Position numbers and translations under genes: made by a program. The notes beneath the pieces were generated by a model. That model was not told the origin of the DNA, made no database searches, and worked only from the letters and a program-made list of their open reading frames with translations. 64,000 nt of DNA from a virus (Duplodnaviria; Heunggongvirae; Uroviricota; Caudoviricetes), in IMG/VR virus record IMGVR_UViG_3300042891_002054; one strand, 5' to 3'. Shown here one piece after another: positions 8,301 through 16,740 of the stretch (position 1 is its first letter; each line of letters begins with the position of its first letter).

Positions 8301-10169
8301 TTACCCTTCAATACCCAACCAAACTTTTCTCTTATCAGTACTACCAGTTTCTTTAGAAAAATGTAAATCAAAAAGTGCAGTCTCGTCTTTTAATGAAATT
8401 AATTGTTCTAAATTATTAGCCAATTCGGACAAATAAATTTTCCATTCTTTACTAGAACTGGTTCCTAGACCTTTATAATATTTGGATTCATATTTTTCTC
8501 CAATATGATCTTTTTTCCAATCATTAAATTGATCTAAAGTGTAAAAACTTAATATTTCTTTTTTATACTTAACTTTTACAATTGGTGTATTTAAAATATA
8601 AATAACACCTAAAGAAAATAATTCTGGCCAAAATTTATAAAACGCATTTAATAATAATGCTCTTATGTGAAATCCATCTAAATCCGAATCTGTAGACAGG
8701 ACAATTTTACCAAACCGAATATCTTCGATAGAATTAACAGGAACACCAAATTGAAGCCCAGTAATTGTCATGATGCTTTTAAATTCTTTATTATCAAGAA
8801 TATCTTTTAATTCCATAGGTCGTACATTAACAGGTTTACCTCGTAACGGAAATGCTGCCATTGTTTTTGGATCTCTACCAGATAACAATGCTGAAAGTGC
8901 AGAATCTCCTTCTGCTAAAAATAACATTGCTTCATTACGTTGTTTGGTAGATGCATCATGGAACTTTTCAACTCTACGTGGATCTGCTTTATCTAAATTT
9001 TTATTAGCTTTACGCAATTCAGCAGCTTCAGCAGCACGTTCTTTAGCCTGAACCCAATCCAAAATAGATTGAATAATCTCGGATTTAAGAATGTTTTTAA
9101 TAAATTTATCGCTAACGCTCCAGGAAGTTTTCCATTCGGTTGGCAAACTAATCATATTTTCTTTTGTTTGACTAGAAAATCTTGGTCGATTTACTGTACC
9201 AGCAATATAAACTCTAAAATGATTTTTAATATCACTAGGTTTTACATCCACTTTATGTTTTTTCTTAAAGTGCTCACGAAGTTTAGTTGTGATTTGATCA
9301 ACAACATAATTGACATGAGTTCCACCTTGATAAGTTTCTACCGAATTGATAAAAGAAATTTGCTCAAATCCATCCGAAGAACTGATACCAACTTTCCAAT
9401 CATCAGTATTATCTGTGTAATACTCAGTAGAATATAACGAAATATAATCATCAAAAGATTTAAATTTAATTAATTCACCATTAAAATAAAATTTAATATT
9501 TAAATTATTTGCAGCAGCATCAATTACTTTCTTTTGAATTTTACAAATATGGTCTGCATCTAAACCTGTTAACTTAAAAAATTCATAATCTGGCGTGAAT
9601 GTAATTTTAGTTCCATTTTTAGAATATTCTTTAATTTTAGGTTCTGAACGCTCTCGCATCCCATTCCAGAAATCTTGAGTTAATTTTTTCTTACCGTCGC
9701 AAGATTCAATTTTAAAATTTGTAGAAAGAACATTAGTTAATGTTGAACCAACACCATTAGTACCGATTAATGATTGATCTTCATCATCATTAAAATTGGA
9801 ACCTGCGCGCAAATTAGAAAAAACTGTTTCTGCAATATATGTTCCAGTTTGATCATGAATTTCTACGGGAATACCTCGACCATTATCCTGAATAGAAATT
9901 TCATCAAATGTAATATCCACTTTAATTTGATTTAATACATCAGGCGCTCTTTTTCCTTCGTCAATAGAATTATCAAGAATTTCAGAAAAGATTTTAATAA
10001 AAGCGGGGATATATGAAATATCTCGCTTTTCCATATTTTTAGATTGAGTATTATAAACCCATTCTTGGCTTGTTTGGATTGAAGTAGAACCAGCATACAT
10101 GCCAGTTCTTTTTCTAATATGTTCAATCTCATCAAGAACTTGATAAGTTTGTTGAATATGTTTTGTCAT
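8301..10169 (-). CDS. 39: DNA topoisomerase II ATPase/TOPRIM subunit (fused gp39+gp60)
   Basis: EILDNSIDE, DNGRGIP, GTNGVGSTLTN, FLAEGDSA, FPLRGK, DSDLDGFHI, YYKGLGT. Confidence 0.95.
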   Translation of the reverse strand: MTKHIQQTYQVLDEIEHIRKRTGMYAGSTSIQTSQEWVYNTQSKNMEKRDISYIPAFIKIFSEILDNSIDEGKRAPDVLNQIKVDITFDEISIQDNGRGIPVEIHDQTGTYIAETVFSNLRAGSNFNDDEDQSLIGTNGVGSTLTNVLSTNFKIESCDGKKKLTQDFWNGMRERSEPKIKEYSKNGTKITFTPDYEFFKLTGLDADHICKIQKKVIDAAANNLNIKFYFNGELIKFKSFDDYISLYSTEYYTDNTDDWKVGISSSDGFEQISFINSVETYQGGTHVNYVVDQITTKLREHFKKKHKVDVKPSDIKNHFRVYIAGTVNRPRFSSQTKENMISLPTEWKTSWSVSDKFIKNILKSEIIQSILDWVQAKERAAEAAELRKANKNLDKADPRRVEKFHDASTKQRNEAMLFLAEGDSALSALLSGRDPKTMAAFPLRGKPVNVRPMELKDILDNKEFKSIMTITGLQFGVPVNSIEDIRFGKIVLSTDSDLDGFHIRALLLNAFYKFWPELFSLGVIYILNTPIVKVKYKKEILSFYTLDQFNDWKKDHIGEKYESKYYKGLGTSSSKEWKIYLSELANNLEQLISLKDETALFDLHFSKETGSTDKRKVWLGIEG

Positions 10170-10170
10170 T

Positions 10171-10428
10171 TTAAATATTAATATTTAATGAAAGTACAGA
10201 ATCAATTTTGAAAGAACGCCAACCATTATTATCTAAATCCCAAACAGATAACACATTAGGATTTTCGGTTTTAATTACTTTACCCTCAACAATTTCAGTA
10301 ATAGGTAACACATGAGATTGTAAAGTGCATTTCATAACTCGTTCTGTACCATCAGTTTTAGTGAAAGTTACAGTACCAACATTATTTTGCAATAATTGTT
10401 TAATATCTTCTTTAGTGTAAATACTCAT
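10171..10428 (-). CDS. conserved T4-like SH3/WYL-like protein
   Basis: VTFTKTDGTERVMKCTL...VWDLDNNGWRSFK pattern typical of DUF2693/WYL_2-like phage proteins. Confidence 0.7.
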   Translation of the reverse strand: MSIYTKEDIKQLLQNNVGTVTFTKTDGTERVMKCTLQSHVLPITEIVEGKVIKTENPNVLSVWDLDNNGWRSFKIDSVLSLNINI

Positions 10429-10460
10429 AATAAAATCCTTACAGGTTAATTGGAAACTTT

Positions 10461-10489
10461 ATCTTAACCTAAAGTCATCAAAAAGTCAA
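10461..10489 (-). promoter_or_regulatory. sigma70-type promoter with TTAGGT element
   Basis: GC-TTGACT-17 nt (ending TTAGGT)-TAAGAT, upstream of the topoisomerase operon. Confidence 0.7.
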
Positions 10490-10492
10490 GCA

Positions 10493-10705
10493 CTAAAATA
10501 AAACCAACAGCAACAAAACAAAAGCAAATGCTGCTAGATAAGAAGAATAAGGAATTGATTCCTGGGCTGCAGGAAATTGTGGTATTGGGTTAACTTGTGA
10601 TCCTTTACCTGTAGCAACAGAAATAAAATCCTCAAATTGAGATTCCTGTTTATATTTCAATTCAGTCAGGTAATGTCTGCGTAAAGTAGAATCTTCTGGT
10701 ATCAT
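10493..10705 (-). CDS. hypothetical protein with C-terminal TM
   Basis: 70 aa, MIPEDSTLRRHYLTE, hydrophobic tail. Confidence 0.6.
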   Translation of the reverse strand: MIPEDSTLRRHYLTELKYKQESQFEDFISVATGKGSQVNPIPQFPAAQESIPYSSYLAAFAFVLLLLVLF

Positions 10706-10714
10706 ATTAATCTC

Positions 10715-10867
10715 TTATTTTATTTTTGGAGCAATTTGAGGTTTTTTATTTAAATCGCTAACAACTTTATCCAACAATTCTTGATTAGCTGGAATTACTG
10801 GGCTTTTTGCAGGTTCAGGTTTAGAAATATTGTTGTATATATCTCTAGTATTTTTTATAATCGACAT
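10715..10867 (-). CDS. hypothetical protein
   Basis: Start re-placed at MSIIKNTR; about 50 aa. Confidence 0.4.
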   Translation of the reverse strand: MSIIKNTRDIYNNISKPEPAKSPVIPANQELLDKVVSDLNKKPQIAPKIK

Positions 10868-11012
10868 TTTTGTATTTTTTGTTTGAAGAAAAATTATCGT
10901 CATAATCCAATTCAGAAAATGAGACTCGTTTGGTTTTCAAATTTTTAGTTGATTTTCGTTTTTTTGTTTGAAACTCACCGAAATCATCAAAAATATTAAT
11001 ATTTTGTTTCAT
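10845..11012 (-). CDS. 55-aa basic hypothetical protein (not in ORF track)
   Basis: MKQNINIFDDFGEFQTKKRKSTKNLKTKRVSFSELDYDDNFSSNKKYKNVDYKKY. Confidence 0.4.
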   Translation of the reverse strand: MKQNINIFDDFGEFQTKKRKSTKNLKTKRVSFSELDYDDNFSSNKKYKNVDYKKY

Positions 11013-11028
11013 ATAAAATTTAAAAGTG

Positions 11029-11451
11029 TTAAAATAATTCTGGAAAAACTTCTTTGACTAAAGATTCTGTTAATCCTGGGATTTGAAGGTCTTTTTTCAT
11101 CATGTTGACGAAAACAACTGCTTCTTCAGGTTCAAATGATTCTAAAAGTTGTAATAGAAGAACATTACGTTTTTGTTCTGTTAATGTATCCGCTGTTGGA
11201 TCACCTTTTAAGAAAAGATAAACTCTACGAAGTTCTGACTCAAGACCAGCTAATCGAATTCCAGGAAAAGTATCGGGTTTGATATATTCTGTTGGAAATT
11301 CTTTAATGTAGAATTGATAATTTGGATTAAATGTATATTGTAATACTTGTTTAAAGTAATAGATATTATTTTGTTCAAGAATTTGTTTTCGTTGTTGATC
11401 GGTTTTAGCACCTTCAAATTCTTTTAAAATTTCATAAACGTTCTTGATCAT
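11029..11451 (-). CDS. conserved T4-like hypothetical protein
   Basis: LQYTFNP...LLQLLESFEPEEAVVFVNMMKKDL..PGLT..LVKEVFP, a family common in environmental T4-like phages. Confidence 0.75.
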   Translation of the reverse strand: MIKNVYEILKEFEGAKTDQQRKQILEQNNIYYFKQVLQYTFNPNYQFYIKEFPTEYIKPDTFPGIRLAGLESELRRVYLFLKGDPTADTLTEQKRNVLLLQLLESFEPEEAVVFVNMMKKDLQIPGLTESLVKEVFPELF

Positions 11452-11452
11452 A

Positions 11453-11611
11453 TTATTTTTTATTTAAGATTTCTGTTGATATTAAATCAATCACTAATTC
11501 AATTGATTCTCCTATTAATGTTGCGTTGGGCATCACTTTTAGCTGCCCTCTTCTCCATCTATTATAATCCCTTAAAGTTTCTAAGGCAACAATAATTTTT
11601 TGTCTATCCAT
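11453..11611 (-). CDS. 52-aa hypothetical protein (not in ORF track)
   Basis: MDRQKIIVALETLRDYNRWRRGQLKVMPNATLIGESIELVIDLISTEILNKK; AAGGA RBS; own promoter at 11637-11665. Confidence 0.65.
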   Translation of the reverse strand: MDRQKIIVALETLRDYNRWRRGQLKVMPNATLIGESIELVIDLISTEILNKK

Positions 11612-11636
11612 AATTAACATCCTTTTAATTTTATTT

Positions 11637-11665
11637 ATTGTATTATGAAATTCAATTTACGTCAA
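11637..11665 (-). promoter_or_regulatory. sigma70-type promoter
   Basis: TTGACG-17 nt-TACAAT. Confidence 0.7.
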
Positions 11666-11672
11666 TAGATTT

Positions 11673-11742
11673 CCGCGAAGCGGGTTCCCGAAGGGAACTA
11701 ATTTAATGCTTCGCTTCGCTCGCATCGCTTCCTTCGGAAGCG
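11673..11742. repeat. cluster of GNA-triloop mini-hairpins
   Basis: CCGC-GAA-GCGG, GTTCCC-GAA-GGGAAC, GCTTCGCTTCGC, CGCTTCC-TTC-GGAAGCG. Confidence 0.8.
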
Positions 11743-11762
11743 CATTTTTATATTTATCTTTT

Positions 11763-12066
11763 TTAAGGTTGAATAAGGCTATCCGGAGCCCAAATTCATT
11801 TTTTTAGAATAAGACAGGTATTTTATCATTATCAACCCAAGATTGGTTCTGCTGCTTTCCACACCTGTAGCGATTTTAAAGATCCTGCGCCTAATTGGAT
11901 CATCTCTTGTTTGGAGTGATTGATAATTTCATCTAGTTTCCTAGAAGTAACGAGGTGGTGTCTTTACCTCTTTTTTTCTTAGACAGAGCTATTCTACACA
12001 CTTTTATGGTGAATAGGTTATCAATACGATATCAGTCGGCGTATCAACCTTTATACAGACACATTT
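11763..12066 (-). ncRNA. candidate structured ncRNA (or origin transcript)
   Basis: No ORF of 60 aa or more; lies immediately downstream of TTGACT-17-TATAGT; the 5' AAGGTTGA pairs with the 3' TCAACCTT; several internal hairpins (see findings). Confidence 0.45.
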
Positions 12067-12071
12067 TCTTT

Positions 12072-12143
12072 ACTATATACTAAAAACAATTTTTAGTCAA
12101 GCACTAAATTGTACTTGACTATTTATATTCTATATAGTAAAAT
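12072..12143. promoter_or_regulatory. back-to-back sigma70 promoters plus an embedded minus-strand late promoter
   Basis: Minus: TTGACT(12100-12095)-17-TATAGT; plus: TTGACT(12115-12120)-17-TAAAAT; minus-strand TATAAATA at 12127-12120. Confidence 0.7.
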
Positions 12144-12161
12144 AAAATATTACGAGGTATT

Positions 12162-12476
12162 ATGATAACAGTAAAATCGAAAAATCACAACGGAGCAGAA
12201 GTTTTAATTAATGAAAACAATATCTTATATGCTGTTGCTTCCTATAATAATGAAACAATTGTTCATCTAAGTAAAGAATCGTTTTTAGTTTTAGCTGAAT
12301 CATTTGAAAGTTTTAAACAAAAATTTGAACCGCAAGTACAGCCAACAGTTTCTCACTATATTGCAGCAACTTCTAAACCAGATACAAGCGATTATCCAGA
12401 AGATCTACCTAGATTACCGAATGGGAATATTGATAAACGAACAACAGCTTATAAAGAGTATGTTGCGAATTTATAA
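12162..12476 (+). CDS. hypothetical protein
   Basis: 104 aa, GAGGT RBS; C-terminal LPNGNIDKRTTAYKE motif. Confidence 0.7.
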   Translation: MITVKSKNHNGAEVLINENNILYAVASYNNETIVHLSKESFLVLAESFESFKQKFEPQVQPTVSHYIAATSKPDTSDYPEDLPRLPNGNIDKRTTAYKEYVANL

Positions 12477-12515
12477 AATTGATAAATAATTCTATTACAA
12501 TTTAAAAATACATTT

Positions 12516-12779
12516 ATGCCAATTTATTCACTAAGAAATAAAGAAACTGGTGAGATTTTCGAAAAAATAATGAAAATTGCTGAATATCAAGAATATTTAA
12601 AAGAAAACTCTAATATTGAACGATATTTTGATTCGGTTCCAATTTTCGGGGATCCAGTAAGGTTAGGGGTAATGAAACCTCCTGCTGATTTTCAAAAACA
12701 TATTATAGGAAGGATTAAAGATTCTGTTCCAGGAAATACTCTTGGTGACAGAAAATTTCAAATACCAAGAGAATTTTGA
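12516..12779 (+). CDS. FmdB-like/MPTY-type small T4-like protein
   Basis: MPIYSLRNKETGEIFEKIMKIAEYQEYLKENSNI. Confidence 0.7.
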   Translation: MPIYSLRNKETGEIFEKIMKIAEYQEYLKENSNIERYFDSVPIFGDPVRLGVMKPPADFQKHIIGRIKDSVPGNTLGDRKFQIPREF

Positions 12780-12807
12780 GTTGTACACTTTAGAATAAAA
12801 TCACTAG

Positions 12808-12842
12808 ACCCGCTAACCAAAAAATTGGTAATGCGGGTTTTT
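12808..12842 (+). terminator. probable intrinsic terminator
   Basis: ACCCGC..ACCA-loop-TGGT..GCGGGT followed by a T run. Confidence 0.5.
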
Positions 12843-12871
12843 CATTTTTAATAGAGCTATAAAGGGAATTT

Positions 12872-13573
12872 ATGTTAAGACCTAAAAAATCAAAAAAATC
12901 AACAAATAAAGTTACCTGTTTAAATTTTGAGTTAAGAACAATAACTCCAAAAACAGATAATCAAGAGAAAGTATTTGATTGCTATAATGAAGGTAAAAAT
13001 TTAGTTTTATATGGTAGTGCAGGTTCAGGTAAAAGTTTTTTAAGTTTATATCTTGGTCTAAAAGAAATGTTAGATGAAGGTACTTTTAACAAAATTATTA
13101 TCCTACGCTCAGCAGTTGCTTCTAGAGATTTAGGGTTTTTACCTGGATCAGAAAAAGAAAAAATTTCTGTATATGAAGCTCCCTATAGATCTATAATAAA
13201 TGATTTATTTGGTAGAGATGATGCTTATGAAATCTTAAAACAAAAAGATATTATTGAATTTGAATCAACATCATTCCTACGTGGTTTAACATATTCTAAT
13301 TGTTTAATCTTTGTTGATGAAATGGAAAATATGGCTTTTCATGAATTAAATACAATTTTTACTCGGATTGGTGAAGGTACTAAAATAATCTTTGCAGGAG
13401 ATATCAAACAGTGCGATTTAAATGAACGTAAAGAAACAAGTGGTATGAAAGATTTCTTGAACATCATGAAAAAGCTTGACGAATTTGGTTTAGTAGAGTT
13501 TACTATGGATGACTGTGTTAGGTCTTCTATGGTAAAACATTATCTTCAAATAAAAGAACAATTGGGGTTATAA
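12872..13573 (+). CDS. phoH: PhoH-family ATPase
   Basis: GSAGSGKS Walker A, IIILRSAV, LGFLPG, FLRGLT, FVDEMEN, TRIGEGTKIIFAGDIKQCD. Confidence 0.95.
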   Translation: MLRPKKSKKSTNKVTCLNFELRTITPKTDNQEKVFDCYNEGKNLVLYGSAGSGKSFLSLYLGLKEMLDEGTFNKIIILRSAVASRDLGFLPGSEKEKISVYEAPYRSIINDLFGRDDAYEILKQKDIIEFESTSFLRGLTYSNCLIFVDEMENMAFHELNTIFTRIGEGTKIIFAGDIKQCDLNERKETSGMKDFLNIMKKLDEFGLVEFTMDDCVRSSMVKHYLQIKEQLGL

Positions 13574-13584
13574 TAGTTTTAATA

Positions 13585-14400
13585 TTACGGGTGAGATGCT
13601 TTAATCCACCCTTTATAATTATTTTGTTCTCCTCTGTTAACTTTTAGCATAGAATTATATTGTAAATTATTTTCTTTGCAATATAATTTTAAATCTTTTA
13701 TTTCTACGATTTCGTTAAATGGAGATAAAAAATAAAATGTTTTTAACCTAGTTGATCTACATTTATTTTTGTGTTCTTGGGTTTGCGGAGGTTTTTTTGC
13801 GTTTCTCATTTTTTCTAAAGATTCTTGTGTATGATTTTTTCCAAAAAATGGATTATTTTCTCCAGATGTTGCAATAGATATTTTTCGTTTACTGCATTCA
13901 GTGTGATGTTTTCCTTTCATGGGGTTTTTATCTCCTTTCATTAGAGTCGATAAAATTTTCCTTCTTTCTTTCGATTTATTTGGGTTTTTATCTCCTTTAA
14001 TGTTATCTGATCGAATTTTTGATAAATTTAATTTTAAATCGGTATATACATAAGAATTTATTTTAAAATTTCTTTGTGGATTTCTTTTTATATTTGATCC
14101 ATTAACCATGCACCATAATGCACTATACATTTTTGTTTTATACGAAGATTTAGAAAATTTAATTAATAATAAATGGCATATATAATGTTCTCTTGCTGTT
14201 AAGATAACAATATTCGATTTATCAGTTTCTCCTCCCAGTTTAAATGATTTAGGTAATATATGATGTTTTTCTTTGTAATTAAAAACTATTTTTTCTTTTC
14301 TCGCAATGGCATTATTGATTATATTAATATACCACAAAAAATATTTATTATGTATTGAAATTTGTTTGAGGGTTTCGATATAAATATCTGTGCTGGACAT
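13585..14400 (-). mobile_element. free-standing HNH homing endonuclease with NUMOD3-like repeats
   Basis: EKHHILPKS...DKSNIVILTAREHYICH; NPMKGKHHTE..KRKIS and NPFFGKNHTQESLEKMR repeats; antisense insertion; AGGAG RBS. Confidence 0.88.
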
Positions 14401-14465
14401 TACAGTCTCCTGATTGTGTGAAAAATGTTTAGAGTAGATGGGTATGGGGATACCGCGATCTATTT

Positions 14466-14473
14466 TATTTATA
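14466..14473 (-). promoter_or_regulatory. T4-type late promoter for the HNH gene
   Basis: TATAAATA on the minus strand about 65 nt upstream of the ATG at 14400. Confidence 0.65.
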
Positions 14474-14494
14474 ATATTGTTTAGGATTATAAAA

Positions 14495-15133
14495 ATGAAT
14501 TTTTGTCATGTACCAGTTGAAATAACATCTTATCCACGTGTAAACATAGATGGACGACGCCATTATCAAATAGGTCATCGGTGTTATCCATCTATTACCA
14601 CTGTACTTGGTTCTACATCAGATAAATCTTATCTAAAAGAATGGCGTGACAGAATAGGTTATGATGCTGCAGATAAGATCACTAACAATTCTGCTAAACG
14701 CGGAACTAACTTACATCAAATGTGCGAAGACTATCTCAACAATAAACAGTTATCATGCCGAATGCCAGATGCCCTCGAGATGTTTTATTCTCTAAAACCT
14801 ATTTTACATAGAATTAATAATATCCATGCTCAAGAAGCTTGTCTATACAGCGATAAATTAAAAATTGCTGGTAGTGTTGATTGTATTGCTGAATTTGATG
14901 GTATTTTATCTGTAATAGATTTTAAAAATGCTAGAAGATTAAAAACTGAAGAAAATATACATGATTATTTTCTCCAAGAAACATTTTATGCACTAGCTTA
15001 TATGGAAATGACAGGAACTGTGATTAAACAAATTGTAACAATTATAGCGGTCGAAAACGACAAATCGCAAGTTTTTGTTAAACAAATTAGACCATATATC
15101 AAAGACTTGGTAGATCGTAGAAAACAGTTTTAA
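14495..15133 (+). CDS. PD-(D/E)xK exonuclease (T4-like phage type)
   Basis: YPSITTVL, WRDRIG, RGTNLH, EACLYS..LKIAGSVDCIAEFDG.LSVIDFK, YFLQ..FYA; start re-placed at MNFCHV. Confidence 0.88.
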   Translation: MNFCHVPVEITSYPRVNIDGRRHYQIGHRCYPSITTVLGSTSDKSYLKEWRDRIGYDAADKITNNSAKRGTNLHQMCEDYLNNKQLSCRMPDALEMFYSLKPILHRINNIHAQEACLYSDKLKIAGSVDCIAEFDGILSVIDFKNARRLKTEENIHDYFLQETFYALAYMEMTGTVIKQIVTIIAVENDKSQVFVKQIRPYIKDLVDRRKQF

Positions 15134-15141
15134 AAAAATGC

Positions 15142-15170
15142 TTGACTTTTTAAGAGTTTTAGGTTAGACT
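15142..15170 (+). promoter_or_regulatory. sigma70-type promoter with TTAGGT element
   Basis: GC-TTGACT-17 nt (ending TTAGGT)-TAGACT; followed by late TATAAATA at 15184-15191. Confidence 0.7.
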
Positions 15171-15324
15171 ATATACTGCATGGTATAAATACTTTTTATA
15201 CCATGATTTTTGTGAGTTAATTTAAACCAACTATTAGTAGCTTTTCAGGAAAAGAAAAAGTCCTAATCATAATTAGAAATATTCTGCAACAGTTTATTTG
15301 AATATTTCTCAAGGAGAAACAAAG

Positions 15325-15819
15325 ATGTATTCAATTACGAAAAAGGCGATCATTCTTGCTATTATAATTTTAATAATACCTACAGCGAGTTTCGCAAAAC
15401 AAGTAAATACAGAATCAGAAAAAATATGCTTGGCTAAAGTCATTTATCATGAAGCAAAAGGTGAACCAATTGCTGGTAAAAAGGGTGTGGCCAAAGTAGT
15501 CTTAAATCGAACTAATCATAAAAAATTTCCAAAAACAATTTGTGGTGTCGTCAATCAAATAAATTATGATGACGGTAAAAAATTGTGTCAATTTTCTTGG
15601 GTTTGCTCGCGCAAAACTAAAATAAAATATGGCAGCGATTCCTGGGAAAAGAGTTTAGATTTATCTGATGATATTTTAAATAAACGTGTTTCTTTACCTA
15701 ATTTTGGTCCAGATGTATTATTTTTTAAAAGTATTCATTCTAGATATAAATGGAGTAGAGAATATAAATTAGCTGCAAAGCTAGGTCAATCTAATTTTTA
15801 TTCAAAAAAGAGTGCTTAA
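15325..15819 (+). CDS. SleB/Hydrolase_2-like cell wall hydrolase with signal peptide
   Basis: CLAKVIYHEAKGE...VAKVVLNR...FPKTICGVV...CQFSW; AAGGAG RBS before ATG 15325. Confidence 0.85.
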   Translation: MYSITKKAIILAIIILIIPTASFAKQVNTESEKICLAKVIYHEAKGEPIAGKKGVAKVVLNRTNHKKFPKTICGVVNQINYDDGKKLCQFSWVCSRKTKIKYGSDSWEKSLDLSDDILNKRVSLPNFGPDVLFFKSIHSRYKWSREYKLAAKLGQSNFYSKKSA

Positions 15820-16043
15820 TGGAAAATTTTGATAAAATGCATGAATTCTCTAATATAATTTTTACTAAAGTGAATGTACATAAACTTGAATATGTTGATG
15901 CTATAGTTAGTTATTGTGAAGAAAAAGAACTGGAAGTTGATTCAATTATATCTTTAATTTCCCCTGCCTTAAAAAGTAAGATGGAAGAAGAAGCTATCGC
16001 ATTACGTTTAATAAAAAGTTCATCTGTTCGCTTGACTTTTTAA
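15819..16043 (+). CDS. 33: late transcription coactivator gp33
   Basis: YVDAIVSYCEEKELEVDSIISLISPALKSKMEEEA; position upstream of 59 and 32. Confidence 0.85.
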   Translation: MENFDKMHEFSNIIFTKVNVHKLEYVDAIVSYCEEKELEVDSIISLISPALKSKMEEEAIALRLIKSSSVRLTF

Positions 16044-16085
16044 CAGTTTTAAGTTACAATATGATTTTTAGGTTTGGTGATAAAA

Positions 16086-16679
16086 ATGTCTGCGTATCTA
16101 TGTTGCTGTCTTTACAGAGCATTAAAATTACACTTTACAACAGATTATGACTTTAATAAGTATCATGGTAGAGTAAAATATTCTGTTGATCAATTCCATA
16201 AAAATAAACATAAATATGTTTATGAGAAATTGAGTAAAAAATTTTCTGATGAAGATTTAAAAAGATTCTTTATTGCTAATTTTTTACAAAATGAAACCGT
16301 ATGGGTTCAAGATTTGTTGTCTCATGAAGCACACGAAAATTTCGTAAATTTTAATAAAAAACAACAATCTTTATCCTATATTTTTGAAAATGATTTAATA
16401 AATATATTTGGTGAAGAAAATCACAAAAAATTATTTAAAAGTGATTCAAATGATTTTCCTTTGCTCTTAACTAAAATGTTAAGAGATGAAGTTTCTCCGG
16501 AAACTGTTATTATTATGAATGAGTTTATGGAATTTGTTCCTAAATGGGACAAAAATATCAAGGATGATTATATTTGGCCTCGTGTTAAAACAAAAATGTT
16601 GAAATACAAGCCATTCTTAGAGTATGACAAAAGCAAATTCAAAAAAACTTTAATTGAAACTGTAAAGGAATTTGCGTAA
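16086..16679 (+). CDS. 59: helicase loader gp59
   Basis: YRALKLHFTTDYDFNKYHG, FFIANF, VSPETVII, KYKPFL. Confidence 0.9.
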   Translation: MSAYLCCCLYRALKLHFTTDYDFNKYHGRVKYSVDQFHKNKHKYVYEKLSKKFSDEDLKRFFIANFLQNETVWVQDLLSHEAHENFVNFNKKQQSLSYIFENDLINIFGEENHKKLFKSDSNDFPLLLTKMLRDEVSPETVIIMNEFMEFVPKWDKNIKDDYIWPRVKTKMLKYKPFLEYDKSKFKKTLIETVKEFA

Positions 16680-16740
16680 AATACGTTGTATATATGTTGT
16701 CTATACGTTGTTTAAATCAAATGTTAATAAAGGTGTTTAT

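Noticed and set aside
8770-9437. Plus-strand ORFs inside gp39
   Set aside because: Antisense shadows of a conserved gene with no RBS or motifs.
11763-12066. RNase P RNA, tmRNA or group II intron identity for the structured region
   Set aside because: GAGGTAAAGAC only loosely resembles RNase P GAGGAAAGUCC and no matching 3' P4 strand was found. There are no tRNA-like GGGG/CCA ends and no domain V signature.
14495-15133. Cas4 / CRISPR adaptation gene
   Set aside because: It is a PD-(D/E)xK exonuclease of the kind common in T4-like phages; the Cas4 Cys cluster is not evident, and no array or cas genes occur in the window.
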